Assembly: GCA_963699255.1 (NCBI GenBank)
Contig: OY969425.1
Coordinates: 1,680,001-1,712,000 of the forward strand
Origin: an uncultured bacterium
GTDB lineage: Bacteria > Margulisbacteria > WOR-1 > CAVSGV01
DNA: 32,000 nucleotides
Reading direction: 5' to 3'
Position 1 is the first letter of the stretch. Each line of letters begins with the position of its first letter. A program made the translations under genes and the position numbers. The notes beneath the pieces were generated by a model. It made no database searches and was not told the origin of the DNA. It saw nothing but the letters and a program-made list of their open reading frames with translations. This document shows, one piece after another, positions 19,060-27,795 of this stretch.

Positions 19060-20205
19060 ATGGCATTAAAACAATATCTTTTGATCCCTGGACCCACACC
19101 GGTACCTCCGGAGGTTCTGTCCGCGTTGAGCCATCCGATGATAAACCACAGGAGCTCCGATTTTAAGTCGGTCCTGACCGAAGTTACGGAAGGCTTGAAA
19201 TGGGGGTATCAGACAAAGAACGATGTTTTGATCCTTACCGCTTCCGGCACGGGGGCTATGGAGGCGTCCATAGTCAATACATTATCTCCCGGAGATAAAG
19301 TACTGATAGTCAATATCGGCGCGTTCGGCTCAAGGTTCGTAAAGATCGCCAAAGCATATGGCCTTAACGTCGATGAGATTAAAGTGGAGAGGGGAAAATC
19401 AGCTGACCCGAAGCTTGTTGAACAAAAGCTGAAAGAAGACAAAAAAAAGGAAATAAAAGTGGTTGTTTTCCAGCAGAACGAGACGTCAACAGGCGTGTTA
19501 AATGACGTAAGGCGCCTCGCGGCCGCGGTCGCTGATCACGGAGCACTGTCGATCGTTGACGCGGTTTCCGGGCTTCTCACGGCTGACCTGAGAGTGGATG
19601 AATGGGGGCTTGATGTTGTCGCTGCCGGATCGCAAAAGGCTTTCATGGTGCCGCCGGGATTATCATTCGTGAGCATGTCTGAAAAAGCGTGGAAGGCTTA
19701 TGAAACGGCTAAACTGCCCAAATTTTATTTTGATCTTGGTGCGGCAAAGAAATTCGCGCAGACAGGCGAAACTCCATGGACGCCGTGTCTTACTATCGCG
19801 TTCGGTTTGCAGGTCTCGATGAGAATGCTGAAGGCCGAGGGGCTGGATAATATTTTCAAGCGGCACGAAAAACTATCGAGTGCGGTAAGAGCGGGGGTCA
19901 GAGCTTTGGGTTTTGGACTGCTTGCCGACGACAGCTGCGCTTCAAGAGCGGTCACTGCTGTCATCCCTCCGGCAGGGATTGATGCCGAGGCATTAAGGAA
20001 AGCCGTAAGGGAACAGTACGGCGTTGTTCTTGCTGGCGGCCAGGAAGACCTGAAGGGGAAAATATTCAGGATAGGACATCTAGGCTATATGGACAAAATG
20101 GATATGATCACAGCCTTCTCCGCGCTGGAGATGGTGGCCTCACAAATGGGGGCAAAGATAAAAATGGGTAGCGCGGTGGCTGCGGTTGAGGAGATGCTTA
20201 AATGA
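19060..20205 (+). CDS. Class V aminotransferase (serine-pyruvate / alanine-glyoxylate aminotransferase family)
   Basis: LLIPGPTPVPPEVLSAL, TASGTGAMEA, VDAVSGLLTADL, GSQKAFMVPPGL (PLP lysine), RIGHLGYMD. Confidence 0.92.
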   Translation: MALKQYLLIPGPTPVPPEVLSALSHPMINHRSSDFKSVLTEVTEGLKWGYQTKNDVLILTASGTGAMEASIVNTLSPGDKVLIVNIGAFGSRFVKIAKAYGLNVDEIKVERGKSADPKLVEQKLKEDKKKEIKVVVFQQNETSTGVLNDVRRLAAAVADHGALSIVDAVSGLLTADLRVDEWGLDVVAAGSQKAFMVPPGLSFVSMSEKAWKAYETAKLPKFYFDLGAAKKFAQTGETPWTPCLTIAFGLQVSMRMLKAEGLDNIFKRHEKLSSAVRAGVRALGFGLLADDSCASRAVTAVIPPAGIDAEALRKAVREQYGVVLAGGQEDLKGKIFRIGHLGYMDKMDMITAFSALEMVASQMGAKIKMGSAVAAVEEMLK

Positions 20206-21782
20206 AGGTTCTGGCAAGCGATAAGATCGCCGAGAGCGGATTAAAAAAGCTCAGGGATGCCGGATTTGAAGTTGACATGAAGACGGGGCTTACGGAAGAA
20301 GAGCTCGTCAAGATCATTCCGGAATATGATGCGCTTGTCGTTCGAAGTGAAACAAAAGTAACACCGAAGATCATAGAGGCCGGAAAGAAACTTAAAATAA
20401 TCGCAAGGGCCGGGGTCGGCGTGGATAACGTGGACCTTCCTTCAGCGACAAAGAAGGGGATCATTGTGGTCAATTCCCCCGAAGGCAACACGATCGCCGC
20501 GGCTGAACACACATGGGCGATGCTTCTCGCGATGTCCCGAAATATTCCCCAGGCTCAGGCATCGCTCAGGGCGGGGAAGTGGGAGAGGTCCAAATTCACC
20601 GGTGTCGAGGTTTACGGTAAAACCCTTGGTATCCTTGGACTTGGCAAGATCGGGAGCCATGTCGCCGCTTACGCTGTCGCTTTCGGAATGAAGGTCATTG
20701 CATACGATCCTTTTGTCACAAAGGAATACGCGGATAAGCTTGGCGTGGAGCTGAAGGACATGGATTCCGTGATAAAAGAGGCGGATTACATTACTCTTCA
20801 CTTGCCAAAAAATAAGGAAACCGCCAATCTGATCAACGCGGAAAAGATCAAATTGATGAAAGACGGCGTAAGGATAGTCAACTGCGCCAGAGGCGGGGTC
20901 ATAAATGAGAACGATCTGGCCGAAGCTTTAAAGTCAAAAAAAGTCGTTGCGGCGGCGATCGATGTTTATGACAAGGAACCTCCTGAGCCGACCAATCCAT
21001 TGCTTTCCATGGATAATGCTGTTACTGTTCCCCACCTTGGGGCGGCGACCATTGAAGCCCAGGTAAATGTCGCGATAGATGTCGTTGAACAGATAATCGA
21101 AGTGCTCAAGGGCGGCTCGGCTCGTGCCGCGGTCAACATACCGTCGATGAAGCCCGAAGTCCTTAAAGCCGTCGCGCCTTTCATGAAACTTGCCGAGAAG
21201 ATGGGAAAACTTGCCGGGCAGATCGCGGAAGGACCCGTTAACGACGTTAAGATAGGTTATTTCGGCGAAGTTGGGGGAAAAGATACCGCACCTCTTACCG
21301 TGGCCATTCTAAAAGGGCTGCTTGAAACCGCGATGGAAGAAGGAGTCAATTTCGTCAATGCCCCTATTGTGGCCAAAGAGCGGGGCATTAACATAACGGA
21401 GACCAAAAGCACCGAATGCTTTGATTTCGCGAATAAGATATCAATTTCGGTCGGCGGAGATGACAAAAAGAGAAAAGTTGATGGGTCATTATTCGCAACT
21501 ATTGGAGAGCGTATCGTGGGGATAGACGGATTCAGCGTTGATGCCATCCCGTCAGGATACCTGATTATCGCTTCCAATATCGACCAGCCCGGCATAATCG
21601 GGCAGGTGGGTACGGTGCTGGGAAAGAACAACGTCAATATCGCGGGAATGGAAGTGGGTCGCAATAAAGCCGGCGAGAAAGCCGTCATGCTGCTAAATAT
21701 AGACGGGCCTGTTTCAGATAAGGTCCTGAAGGAACTCGAGAAGGTAAAAGGCATACATTCCGCGAAGTTAGTTTCCTTGTAA
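20202..21782 (+). CDS. serA: D-3-phosphoglycerate dehydrogenase with C-terminal ACT domain
   Basis: VLASDKIAESGL...VRSETKV, RAGVGVDNVDL, LGILGLGKIGSHVA, NCARGGVINE, C-terminal ACT-like DQPGIIGQVGTVLGKNNVNIAGMEVGR; ATGA overlap with upstream gene. Confidence 0.97.
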   Translation: MKVLASDKIAESGLKKLRDAGFEVDMKTGLTEEELVKIIPEYDALVVRSETKVTPKIIEAGKKLKIIARAGVGVDNVDLPSATKKGIIVVNSPEGNTIAAAEHTWAMLLAMSRNIPQAQASLRAGKWERSKFTGVEVYGKTLGILGLGKIGSHVAAYAVAFGMKVIAYDPFVTKEYADKLGVELKDMDSVIKEADYITLHLPKNKETANLINAEKIKLMKDGVRIVNCARGGVINENDLAEALKSKKVVAAAIDVYDKEPPEPTNPLLSMDNAVTVPHLGAATIEAQVNVAIDVVEQIIEVLKGGSARAAVNIPSMKPEVLKAVAPFMKLAEKMGKLAGQIAEGPVNDVKIGYFGEVGGKDTAPLTVAILKGLLETAMEEGVNFVNAPIVAKERGINITETKSTECFDFANKISISVGGDDKKRKVDGSLFATIGERIVGIDGFSVDAIPSGYLIIASNIDQPGIIGQVGTVLGKNNVNIAGMEVGRNKAGEKAVMLLNIDGPVSDKVLKELEKVKGIHSAKLVSL

Positions 21783-21938
21783 GAAGTTATTCAACTCCCC
21801 TCTCCTAAAATCCCGCACATGATGTGAATATACAGTCCTACTTTTTGCAGTCAGATTCTGCAATTTTAGGTCATTTTTATCGATATATAATATAGAGGGG
21901 AATATTGGGGACTTTCTTATACAAGGAACAAATTTGAC

Positions 21939-23351
21939 ATGAGTGATATTACCAAAATCGATAATCACGCAAAAGGCCAAAAAGCCATGGTCATAAAACA
22001 ACTCGCAAAAGGGAAAGATGATCTTTCGCAGGTTTCTATTACTATCGATCCCGATAAGATCACGGCGGAAGAACTGAATGCACAATTTTGGCAATTAGGA
22101 ATTAATTTCATCGATCCGTGGGCCGCGAAACAGGATGCGACAAGGGTTGAAAAACCGCTTGTTATATATCCTAAATTGAATGATATTAGCAATGTCGATA
22201 ACCACGCAAAAGGTCAGAAAACCACAGTCACAAAACAACCTGTTGTCAAAAACCCTAAATCAGGATCCGTTGCGAAACATCCCGGCAGCTTGGGATCGGA
22301 TTTGAAAGATATTGGGGCGAACATTTTAGATGCTGGAAAAAACGCACTGCTGTGGCCATTAAGAAAAGCTGCTTATAGAATAAGCAGAGGGAGTGCTTGC
22401 CTGTTCGTTCCATCTAAGAGCATTTTTACAAGATTGATTTCTGGCCCCGACGAATATCATGGCGCAAATCCTTCGAAAGAAGGAGATATTTCTGTCTCCA
22501 CTCCTACTCCTAATATATTAAGGATCTGTTTATGTCTTGACCCTAACACTCTTCCAATATCAGAATACAGGCCTAAAAAAATTAGTGATGATCCCGGGCA
22601 AATTTATTATAGTATTAAATCGTGGAGCAAAATAAGAGAACTTAATAGCAAAAGCGGATCTTATGTTGATAATGGGTTTGTTTTGGGCGACAGCTTGACC
22701 GATAAAGAGCGTGATCAAATTAAGGATTTATTTGAAGACTATGAAGCATCTGAAAGAACAGCCAGTGAGTTTAAACCAAATATCACTAATGACGACATTG
22801 CAAAACTTGATATAAACAAAGATTGGAAAAGTGCTTTGCAAACACAATTGGAACTTAGGAAAAAGACATATAATTGGCCGAAGGATTTTTTGCAAAAACT
22901 ATTGCAACTAAAATCTGGAGAAATAACTTATTTAAATGAAAAGCGTTATTGGAACGATAGCTTTCATTCGTACAGCAAAACTGATCAACGCGCGCTTTTT
23001 CTTACAAAAATTAACCTGGGAAATTATTTTATGTCATTCGGAAGAGATGGGAAGGGTGTATACATGAGCATTTATGATATCTGGGATTTTAAAGTAGGAG
23101 ACGGAGGATTTTATAAGGATAAAATTGGCAACCAAAAGGACAAACTCCGAAAGAGCGGTTTAATTAATAACAAAAAGAACTGGCTGAATGATTTTATTGA
23201 AAACATGGAACCAAAGGCAATGTCTGCGATAACCAAACCCATATATATTTACGACAGATACTATTTATCAGAAAAAGAAATAAAGGATGAACTTGACCGC
23301 AGGGCGCATGAGGAAATCGTAAAAAGTCCTGTATCGGAAAAGTCAAAATAG
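21939..23351 (+). CDS. Hypothetical protein with duplicated N-terminal DI(T/S)x(I/V)DNHAKGQK motif
   Basis: 470-aa open frame, AT-rich relative to neighbours, no catalytic motif I recognise; C-terminal GNYFMSFGRDGKGVYMSIYDIWDF...IYIYDRYYLSEKE. Confidence 0.75.
   Translation: MSDITKIDNHAKGQKAMVIKQLAKGKDDLSQVSITIDPDKITAEELNAQFWQLGINFIDPWAAKQDATRVEKPLVIYPKLNDISNVDNHAKGQKTTVTKQPVVKNPKSGSVAKHPGSLGSDLKDIGANILDAGKNALLWPLRKAAYRISRGSACLFVPSKSIFTRLISGPDEYHGANPSKEGDISVSTPTPNILRICLCLDPNTLPISEYRPKKISDDPGQIYYSIKSWSKIRELNSKSGSYVDNGFVLGDSLTDKERDQIKDLFEDYEASERTASEFKPNITNDDIAKLDINKDWKSALQTQLELRKKTYNWPKDFLQKLLQLKSGEITYLNEKRYWNDSFHSYSKTDQRALFLTKINLGNYFMSFGRDGKGVYMSIYDIWDFKVGDGGFYKDKIGNQKDKLRKSGLINNKKNWLNDFIENMEPKAMSAITKPIYIYDRYYLSEKEIKDELDRRAHEEIVKSPVSEKSK
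21945..22001 (+). repeat. Copy 1 of internal 19-codon repeat (DITKIDNHAKGQKAMVIKQ)
   Basis: 13/19 residues identical with 22182..22238; same frame, 237 nt offset. Confidence 0.8.
22182..22238 (+). repeat. Copy 2 of internal 19-codon repeat (DISNVDNHAKGQKTTVTKQ)
   Basis: See copy 1. Confidence 0.8.
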
Positions 23352-23461
23352 ATTCTGAGCTCAGTGATCTTTTGCGATATAGCAACAAAGCCCTCGATTT
23401 CCTTAGTAGGCGAGCACTTACGAATCAGTAAACGTCGCAGCTCCAATAATAACAAGAAACA

Positions 23462-23507
23462 CCCCACAATAAATTGTGGGGAATATTCCACACATTTTAA
23501 TGTGTGG
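23462..23507 (+). promoter_or_regulatory. Tandem hairpins: CCCCACAAT-AA-ATTGTGGGG then CCACACAT-TTTA-ATGTGTGG
   Basis: Perfect 9-bp stem 23462-23470/23473-23481 and perfect 8-bp stem 23488-23495/23500-23507, 6-nt spacer AATATT. Confidence 0.7.
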
Positions 23508-23619
23508 TTATCTAAGAATAAGTTTGGAACCGAGGTGTTGAGCCTCAAATTCCATAGAATTGAGTAGTTACTTTGAATTTCCATTGAAATCTCCTAAATT
23601 TCCCTTAAAATAGGTTCAT

Positions 23620-24459
23620 ATGGCAGATATCGTTGAAAACAGCGTAGAAAAAGTCAAAGGCATAATTAAACAGGTTCTGGGGATCCAGAAAAAGGTGGGA
23701 CTGGTCCTGGGGGGCGGGGCGGCAAGAGGCGTGGCGCACGTTGGCGTCATTAAGGTCCTCGTTGAGAACAAGATCCCGATCTATTGTATAGCCGGAACTT
23801 CTTCAGGGTCGCTCTTCGGCGCGCTTTTTGCGGGCGGCATGAATCCCTACGATATGGCTAAACAAGCGTGCCAGGCGGACTGGCTGAAGCTTGTTTCATT
23901 CAGGCTTTCCAGATCGGGGCCTGTTTCAGGAGAAGGCATAGAAAAACTCATAATCAACAACATCGGGAACAAGAACATCGAGGACATGAGGATCCCTTTG
24001 AGCATTATTGCGACGGACCTCAAAACAGGAGAGAGGGTTGTCATGACACATGGGAATGTCGCAAAAGCCGTCCACGCCAGCTCCGCGATACCGGGCGTAT
24101 TTTCACCGGTGAAGTTCCAGGACAGGTTACTGGCTGACGGGTTGGTCGTGGACAACGTGCCAGTAACAGCGGCAAAGGATATGGGCGCCGACTTTATTAT
24201 CGCGGTCGATGTCGTTCCGAACGTGATATTGGATGGGTGGGTGCCCAATATGTTCAATGTAATTGAAAGAGCTATTGACATTAATTGCAGGAGGATGTCA
24301 GAAGATCTCAAGCAAACCGCGGATATCGTTATTGATCCGGTGGATAAGAACATCTCCGCTTTATCACTGGATCGGGCAGAAGAGCTGATGAAAATGGGTG
24401 AGATCGCCGCGAACAAAGCCCTTCCCCAGATACTGGCAAAGCTTAAGATCTCAACCTAG
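23620..24459 (+). CDS. Patatin-like phospholipase, RssA-type
   Basis: GLVLGGGAARGVAHVGVI oxyanion motif, GTSSG nucleophile elbow, DG (LLADGLVVDNVP) catalytic Asp. Confidence 0.93.
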   Translation: MADIVENSVEKVKGIIKQVLGIQKKVGLVLGGGAARGVAHVGVIKVLVENKIPIYCIAGTSSGSLFGALFAGGMNPYDMAKQACQADWLKLVSFRLSRSGPVSGEGIEKLIINNIGNKNIEDMRIPLSIIATDLKTGERVVMTHGNVAKAVHASSAIPGVFSPVKFQDRLLADGLVVDNVPVTAAKDMGADFIIAVDVVPNVILDGWVPNMFNVIERAIDINCRRMSEDLKQTADIVIDPVDKNISALSLDRAEELMKMGEIAANKALPQILAKLKIST

Positions 24460-25835
24460 TCTTTTATTCCGTAAACCTCAAGTTTTGATATAAGTGTGGT
24501 CCTGTGGATGCCGAGTGCTTTTGCTGTGCTAGTCTGGTTCCCGTCGCAGGACCGGAGCGCTTCAATTATCAGTTTCTTCTCAAAATTCTTAACAGCTTTT
24601 ATGAGAGACCCCTCATCTAAAGAAAATCTTTCAATGTTATTTGATCCTGATTTGACCAGTTCCCGGGGAATATCGGCGGCATCTATATGATCTTCTTTTG
24701 AAAGCGTAACGATCCTCTCGATCAGGTTCTCAAGTTCCCTTACATTGCCCGGCCAGGGATATTCCTGAAAAATCTTAAGGGCTTCGTCGGTTATATATTT
24801 GATGTTTTTTTTGAATTCTTTTTTGTATTTAGCGATGAAATAATTAATGAAAAGGGGGATATCCTCTATGCGATCTCTCAGTGGAGGAAGGTCTATCGGG
24901 ATCACGTTCAATCTGTAAAAAAGATCTTCCCTGAACTTTTTATCCTGAATTGCCTTTTTGACGTCTATGTTCGTGGCCGCGATAATCCTGATATCAATGG
25001 GGATCGATCTTTCCCCGCCTACGCGCTCTATCATGTTCTCCTGAACAGTACGCAGAAGCTTTGCCTGCATGTTCAGAGGCATCTCACCTATCTCATCAAG
25101 GAATATCGTGCCGCCGCCGGCCAGTTCAAATTTGCCTATATGCCGGTCCAGAGCGCCTGTAAAAGCGCCTCTCTCATGCCCGAACATCTCTGATTCAAGA
25201 AGGTTTTCCGGGATGGCGGCGCAGTTGACAACGATATAGGGCATGTTCGCGCGTTTGCTTTTTTTGTGGATAGTCTCCGCCACTATCTCCTTGCCTGTTC
25301 CGGACTCACCGGTAATAAAGACCGTGCTGTCGGTGCCGGCAATGTTTTCGATGATGTCGTAGATCTTGCGTATTTTTTCATTCTTCCCGATAAGTTCTCC
25401 CAGGGACGCTCTCTCATCAAGGGCTTGTTTCAAATAAAGGTTTTCCATTATGATCTTTCTTCTCTCAAGGGCTTTTCTTATCGTTGAGAGCAGGTCCTCG
25501 ACTTCAAATGGTTTTATGATGTAATCGAATGCCCCGAATTTAAGACAGTCAACAGCGGGTTTCACTTCTTTTGATGCGGTCACCATTATCACATCCAATG
25601 AGCCATCTATCTCTTTTATCTTTTTTAATGCTTCTATCCCGTTCATTTCGGGCATTATCACGTCAAGTATGACCAGATCAAAATGTTCTTCAGAAGCTTT
25701 TCTTATGGCGTCAGATCCCCTTGTAGCGGTTGTCAGATTAAAGTCGTTCTTTAATAAGTTTTTGTATAGCAGTAAAATATCTTCTTCATCATCAACTACT
25801 AAGATGCTGGGCTTGATATTTTCCATCCAAATCAC
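24456..25835 (-). CDS. Sigma-54-dependent two-component response regulator (REC-AAA+-Fis HTH, NtrC/AtoC family)
   Basis: [21 protein letters not shown] receiver; GESGTGKE Walker A; GAFTGA loop; FLDEIGEMP; C-terminal [28 protein letters not shown]. Confidence 0.96.
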   Translation of the reverse strand: MIWMENIKPSILVVDDEEDILLLYKNLLKNDFNLTTATRGSDAIRKASEEHFDLVILDVIMPEMNGIEALKKIKEIDGSLDVIMVTASKEVKPAVDCLKFGAFDYIIKPFEVEDLLSTIRKALERRKIIMENLYLKQALDERASLGELIGKNEKIRKIYDIIENIAGTDSTVFITGESGTGKEIVAETIHKKSKRANMPYIVVNCAAIPENLLESEMFGHERGAFTGALDRHIGKFELAGGGTIFLDEIGEMPLNMQAKLLRTVQENMIERVGGERSIPIDIRIIAATNIDVKKAIQDKKFREDLFYRLNVIPIDLPPLRDRIEDIPLFINYFIAKYKKEFKKNIKYITDEALKIFQEYPWPGNVRELENLIERIVTLSKEDHIDAADIPRELVKSGSNNIERFSLDEGSLIKAVKNFEKKLIIEALRSCDGNQTSTAKALGIHRTTLISKLEVYGIKD

Positions 25836-25935
25836 CTCGATCGTAAAAGTAGCAATTATTATACCAAAATGGGAGGCTAAAAAACAGCTATATTACAGTA
25901 AAATCTTGAGGATGCTTGCAAAAATTGTTGTAGGG

Positions 25936-25973
25936 GTAGTGTTTTTCGACATGGCATTGTCGAAAAGCGCTAC
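25936..25973. promoter_or_regulatory. Long hairpin just downstream of the minus-strand REC-KaiC gene (GTAGTGTTTTTCGACA-TGGCAT-TGTCGAAAAGCGCTAC)
   Basis: 9 perfect central pairs, extended to 16 on the + strand RNA with two G-U pairs. Confidence 0.6.
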
Positions 25974-25975
25974 AA

Positions 25976-27100
25976 TTACCAGTTTACCCAATCCTTACCA
26001 AATTGTATCCATTTCATGCTTGAAACCCTGATCTTTTTCTTTCCATTGTCTTCCTTCAATTCTATGACGCCATCCATAAGATATTTAATGTTATTTACTA
26101 CCTGCTCGTTAATGGAGCCTTCTTCTATTATAAAAAGCGTTGTCACCCCGCCAAACGATAAAGCAGTATGTCCGATCTGGGAAAGAAAGCGCTGGACGGC
26201 AGGGAGCTCAAAGTTCACGAAGAAACTTGATATGGAATCAATGACCCTGCGGCCGCCGCACTTTTGTTGTACCGATTGCCCTATGTCATTGCCTGCCTGG
26301 CTGATCAGGCCGGATAGCTGGTCCAGATTTAACACTTCTTCAATCCGGTATTTTTCCTGAGTTCGCACCTCACCGGAAGTCCATGTGTAGGCGTCGATGA
26401 ACCTTAGGGTGCCGCTTTCTTCCTGCTGTGCGGATTTTTTCTGGATCATCTTGTTCAGTTCGCTTCTTACAAGGATCGGATCATCATCAACGGCAACAAA
26501 AAGGCATTTTTCATCTTTAGCAAGTCCTTCCGCAATGAATCTCCTTGCAAAGGTGGACTTACCCCGCCCGAGAGGTCCGATCAGCAGGATGTTAGATCCT
26601 TTCGGAAATCCGCCCCCCAGCGTCATATCCAGGCTCTCGATCCCGGTCGGGATCTGAATGAGTTGATCCTCGGTCTGATCTGACGCATCCTTTGCGGGGC
26701 GGAACTTTTGTACCGCTTTTATGTCCCTGTCAAACAGCATCGAAACCCTTTCTTTCAGTTCCTCAGCTCTGAAAGGTTTTGTGATGAAATCGTTCGCCCC
26801 GCCCTCAAATCCCGTCAGCTTGTTGAATTCGTCTCCGAGAGCCGAAAGAATGAGAATGGGCACATGAGATAGGACCGGGTCGCTGCGCAGGGCCTTGCAG
26901 ACTTCAAAACCGTTCTTTTGGGGCATCCTGATATCTGTTATAACCAGATCCGGCTTTTCTGAAATCGCTTTTGCTATGGCTTCAGCACCGTTCGTGGCAA
27001 GAACGACTTCGTAGCCCGCTTCCCTTAAAAGTTTTTCTCCAAGAAGCCTAATATTTTCTTCATCATCTGCCAGGAGGATCTTATGTTTTTTCTCAGCCAT
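25976..27100 (-). CDS. Response-regulator receiver fused to KaiC/RecA-like ATPase domain
   Basis: N-terminal ILLADDEENIRLLGEKLLREAGYEV...DLVITDIRMPQKNGFEVC...KPFRAEEL; then GIESLDMTLGGGFPKGSNILLIGPLGRGKSTFARRFIAEGL (KaiC-like Walker A), RRVIDSISSFF. Confidence 0.9.
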   Translation of the reverse strand: MAEKKHKILLADDEENIRLLGEKLLREAGYEVVLATNGAEAIAKAISEKPDLVITDIRMPQKNGFEVCKALRSDPVLSHVPILILSALGDEFNKLTGFEGGANDFITKPFRAEELKERVSMLFDRDIKAVQKFRPAKDASDQTEDQLIQIPTGIESLDMTLGGGFPKGSNILLIGPLGRGKSTFARRFIAEGLAKDEKCLFVAVDDDPILVRSELNKMIQKKSAQQEESGTLRFIDAYTWTSGEVRTQEKYRIEEVLNLDQLSGLISQAGNDIGQSVQQKCGGRRVIDSISSFFVNFELPAVQRFLSQIGHTALSFGGVTTLFIIEEGSINEQVVNNIKYLMDGVIELKEDNGKKKIRVSSMKWIQFGKDWVNW

Positions 27101-27165
27101 TCATAGCATTATAGTGCATAAAAATCTTCTTGGCAATTTTTTTGCGTTTGTGATAGATTTTACTC

Positions 27166-27795
27166 ATGGCCCTTTATAATGTTGAAGCTATAAATATCAG
27201 AAGCAATAATGCGGGTGAAGCGGATAAGATAATCACGCTGTTCGCGAAAGGCCAGGGAAAGATCAGGGCGATAGCAAAAGGGGCAAGGAGGCCAACATCC
27301 AAATTCGGCGGCAGGCTCGAGATCTTCAGCTATAACCATCTTCAACTTGCCGCCGCCAGGAATCTGGACATTATCAGCCAGTGCGAGACCATAGAAAGCT
27401 TTTATAAGCTCAGGGAGGACAAAGAAAAACTGAATGCGGGGTTTTATATAGTCAAGCTTATTGATATAATTACGGAGGACAGGCAGAGGAACGACGAGCT
27501 TTTTGAGCTTTTGCTCGAAGCTTTGTATGCACTGCTTTTACCCGTTGACACGAACGTGCTGTTAAGGGCCTTTGAAGTGAAACTCTCCAAGATCGAGGGT
27601 TTTCTGCCGTCGGATCCTATGCTGGAGAGAAAATACAAGAGGCTGCCTTTAATTGTCGGTGAATTGATCGGCGATCTGGATCGTCCGCCAAAAGATCTGA
27701 CCGAAAAGGACTTGGAGATATCCGGCCGGGTATTCAGGGAAATAATTTCCGACCATACCGGCAAGGATATCAGGAAGGTTAGGGTATTTATATGA
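27166..27795 (+). CDS. recO: DNA repair protein RecO, short form
   Basis: EAINIRSNNAGEADKIITLFAKGQGKIRAIAKGARRPTSKFGGRLEIFSYNHLQLAAARNLDIISQCE. Confidence 0.9.
   Translation: MALYNVEAINIRSNNAGEADKIITLFAKGQGKIRAIAKGARRPTSKFGGRLEIFSYNHLQLAAARNLDIISQCETIESFYKLREDKEKLNAGFYIVKLIDIITEDRQRNDELFELLLEALYALLLPVDTNVLLRAFEVKLSKIEGFLPSDPMLERKYKRLPLIVGELIGDLDRPPKDLTEKDLEISGRVFREIISDHTGKDIRKVRVFI

Noticed and set aside
24456-24459. 4-nt overlap of convergent patatin and NtrC-type genes as a possible frameshift or assembly join
   Set aside because: Both proteins look complete with plausible termini. A small convergent overlap is ordinary in a compact genome.
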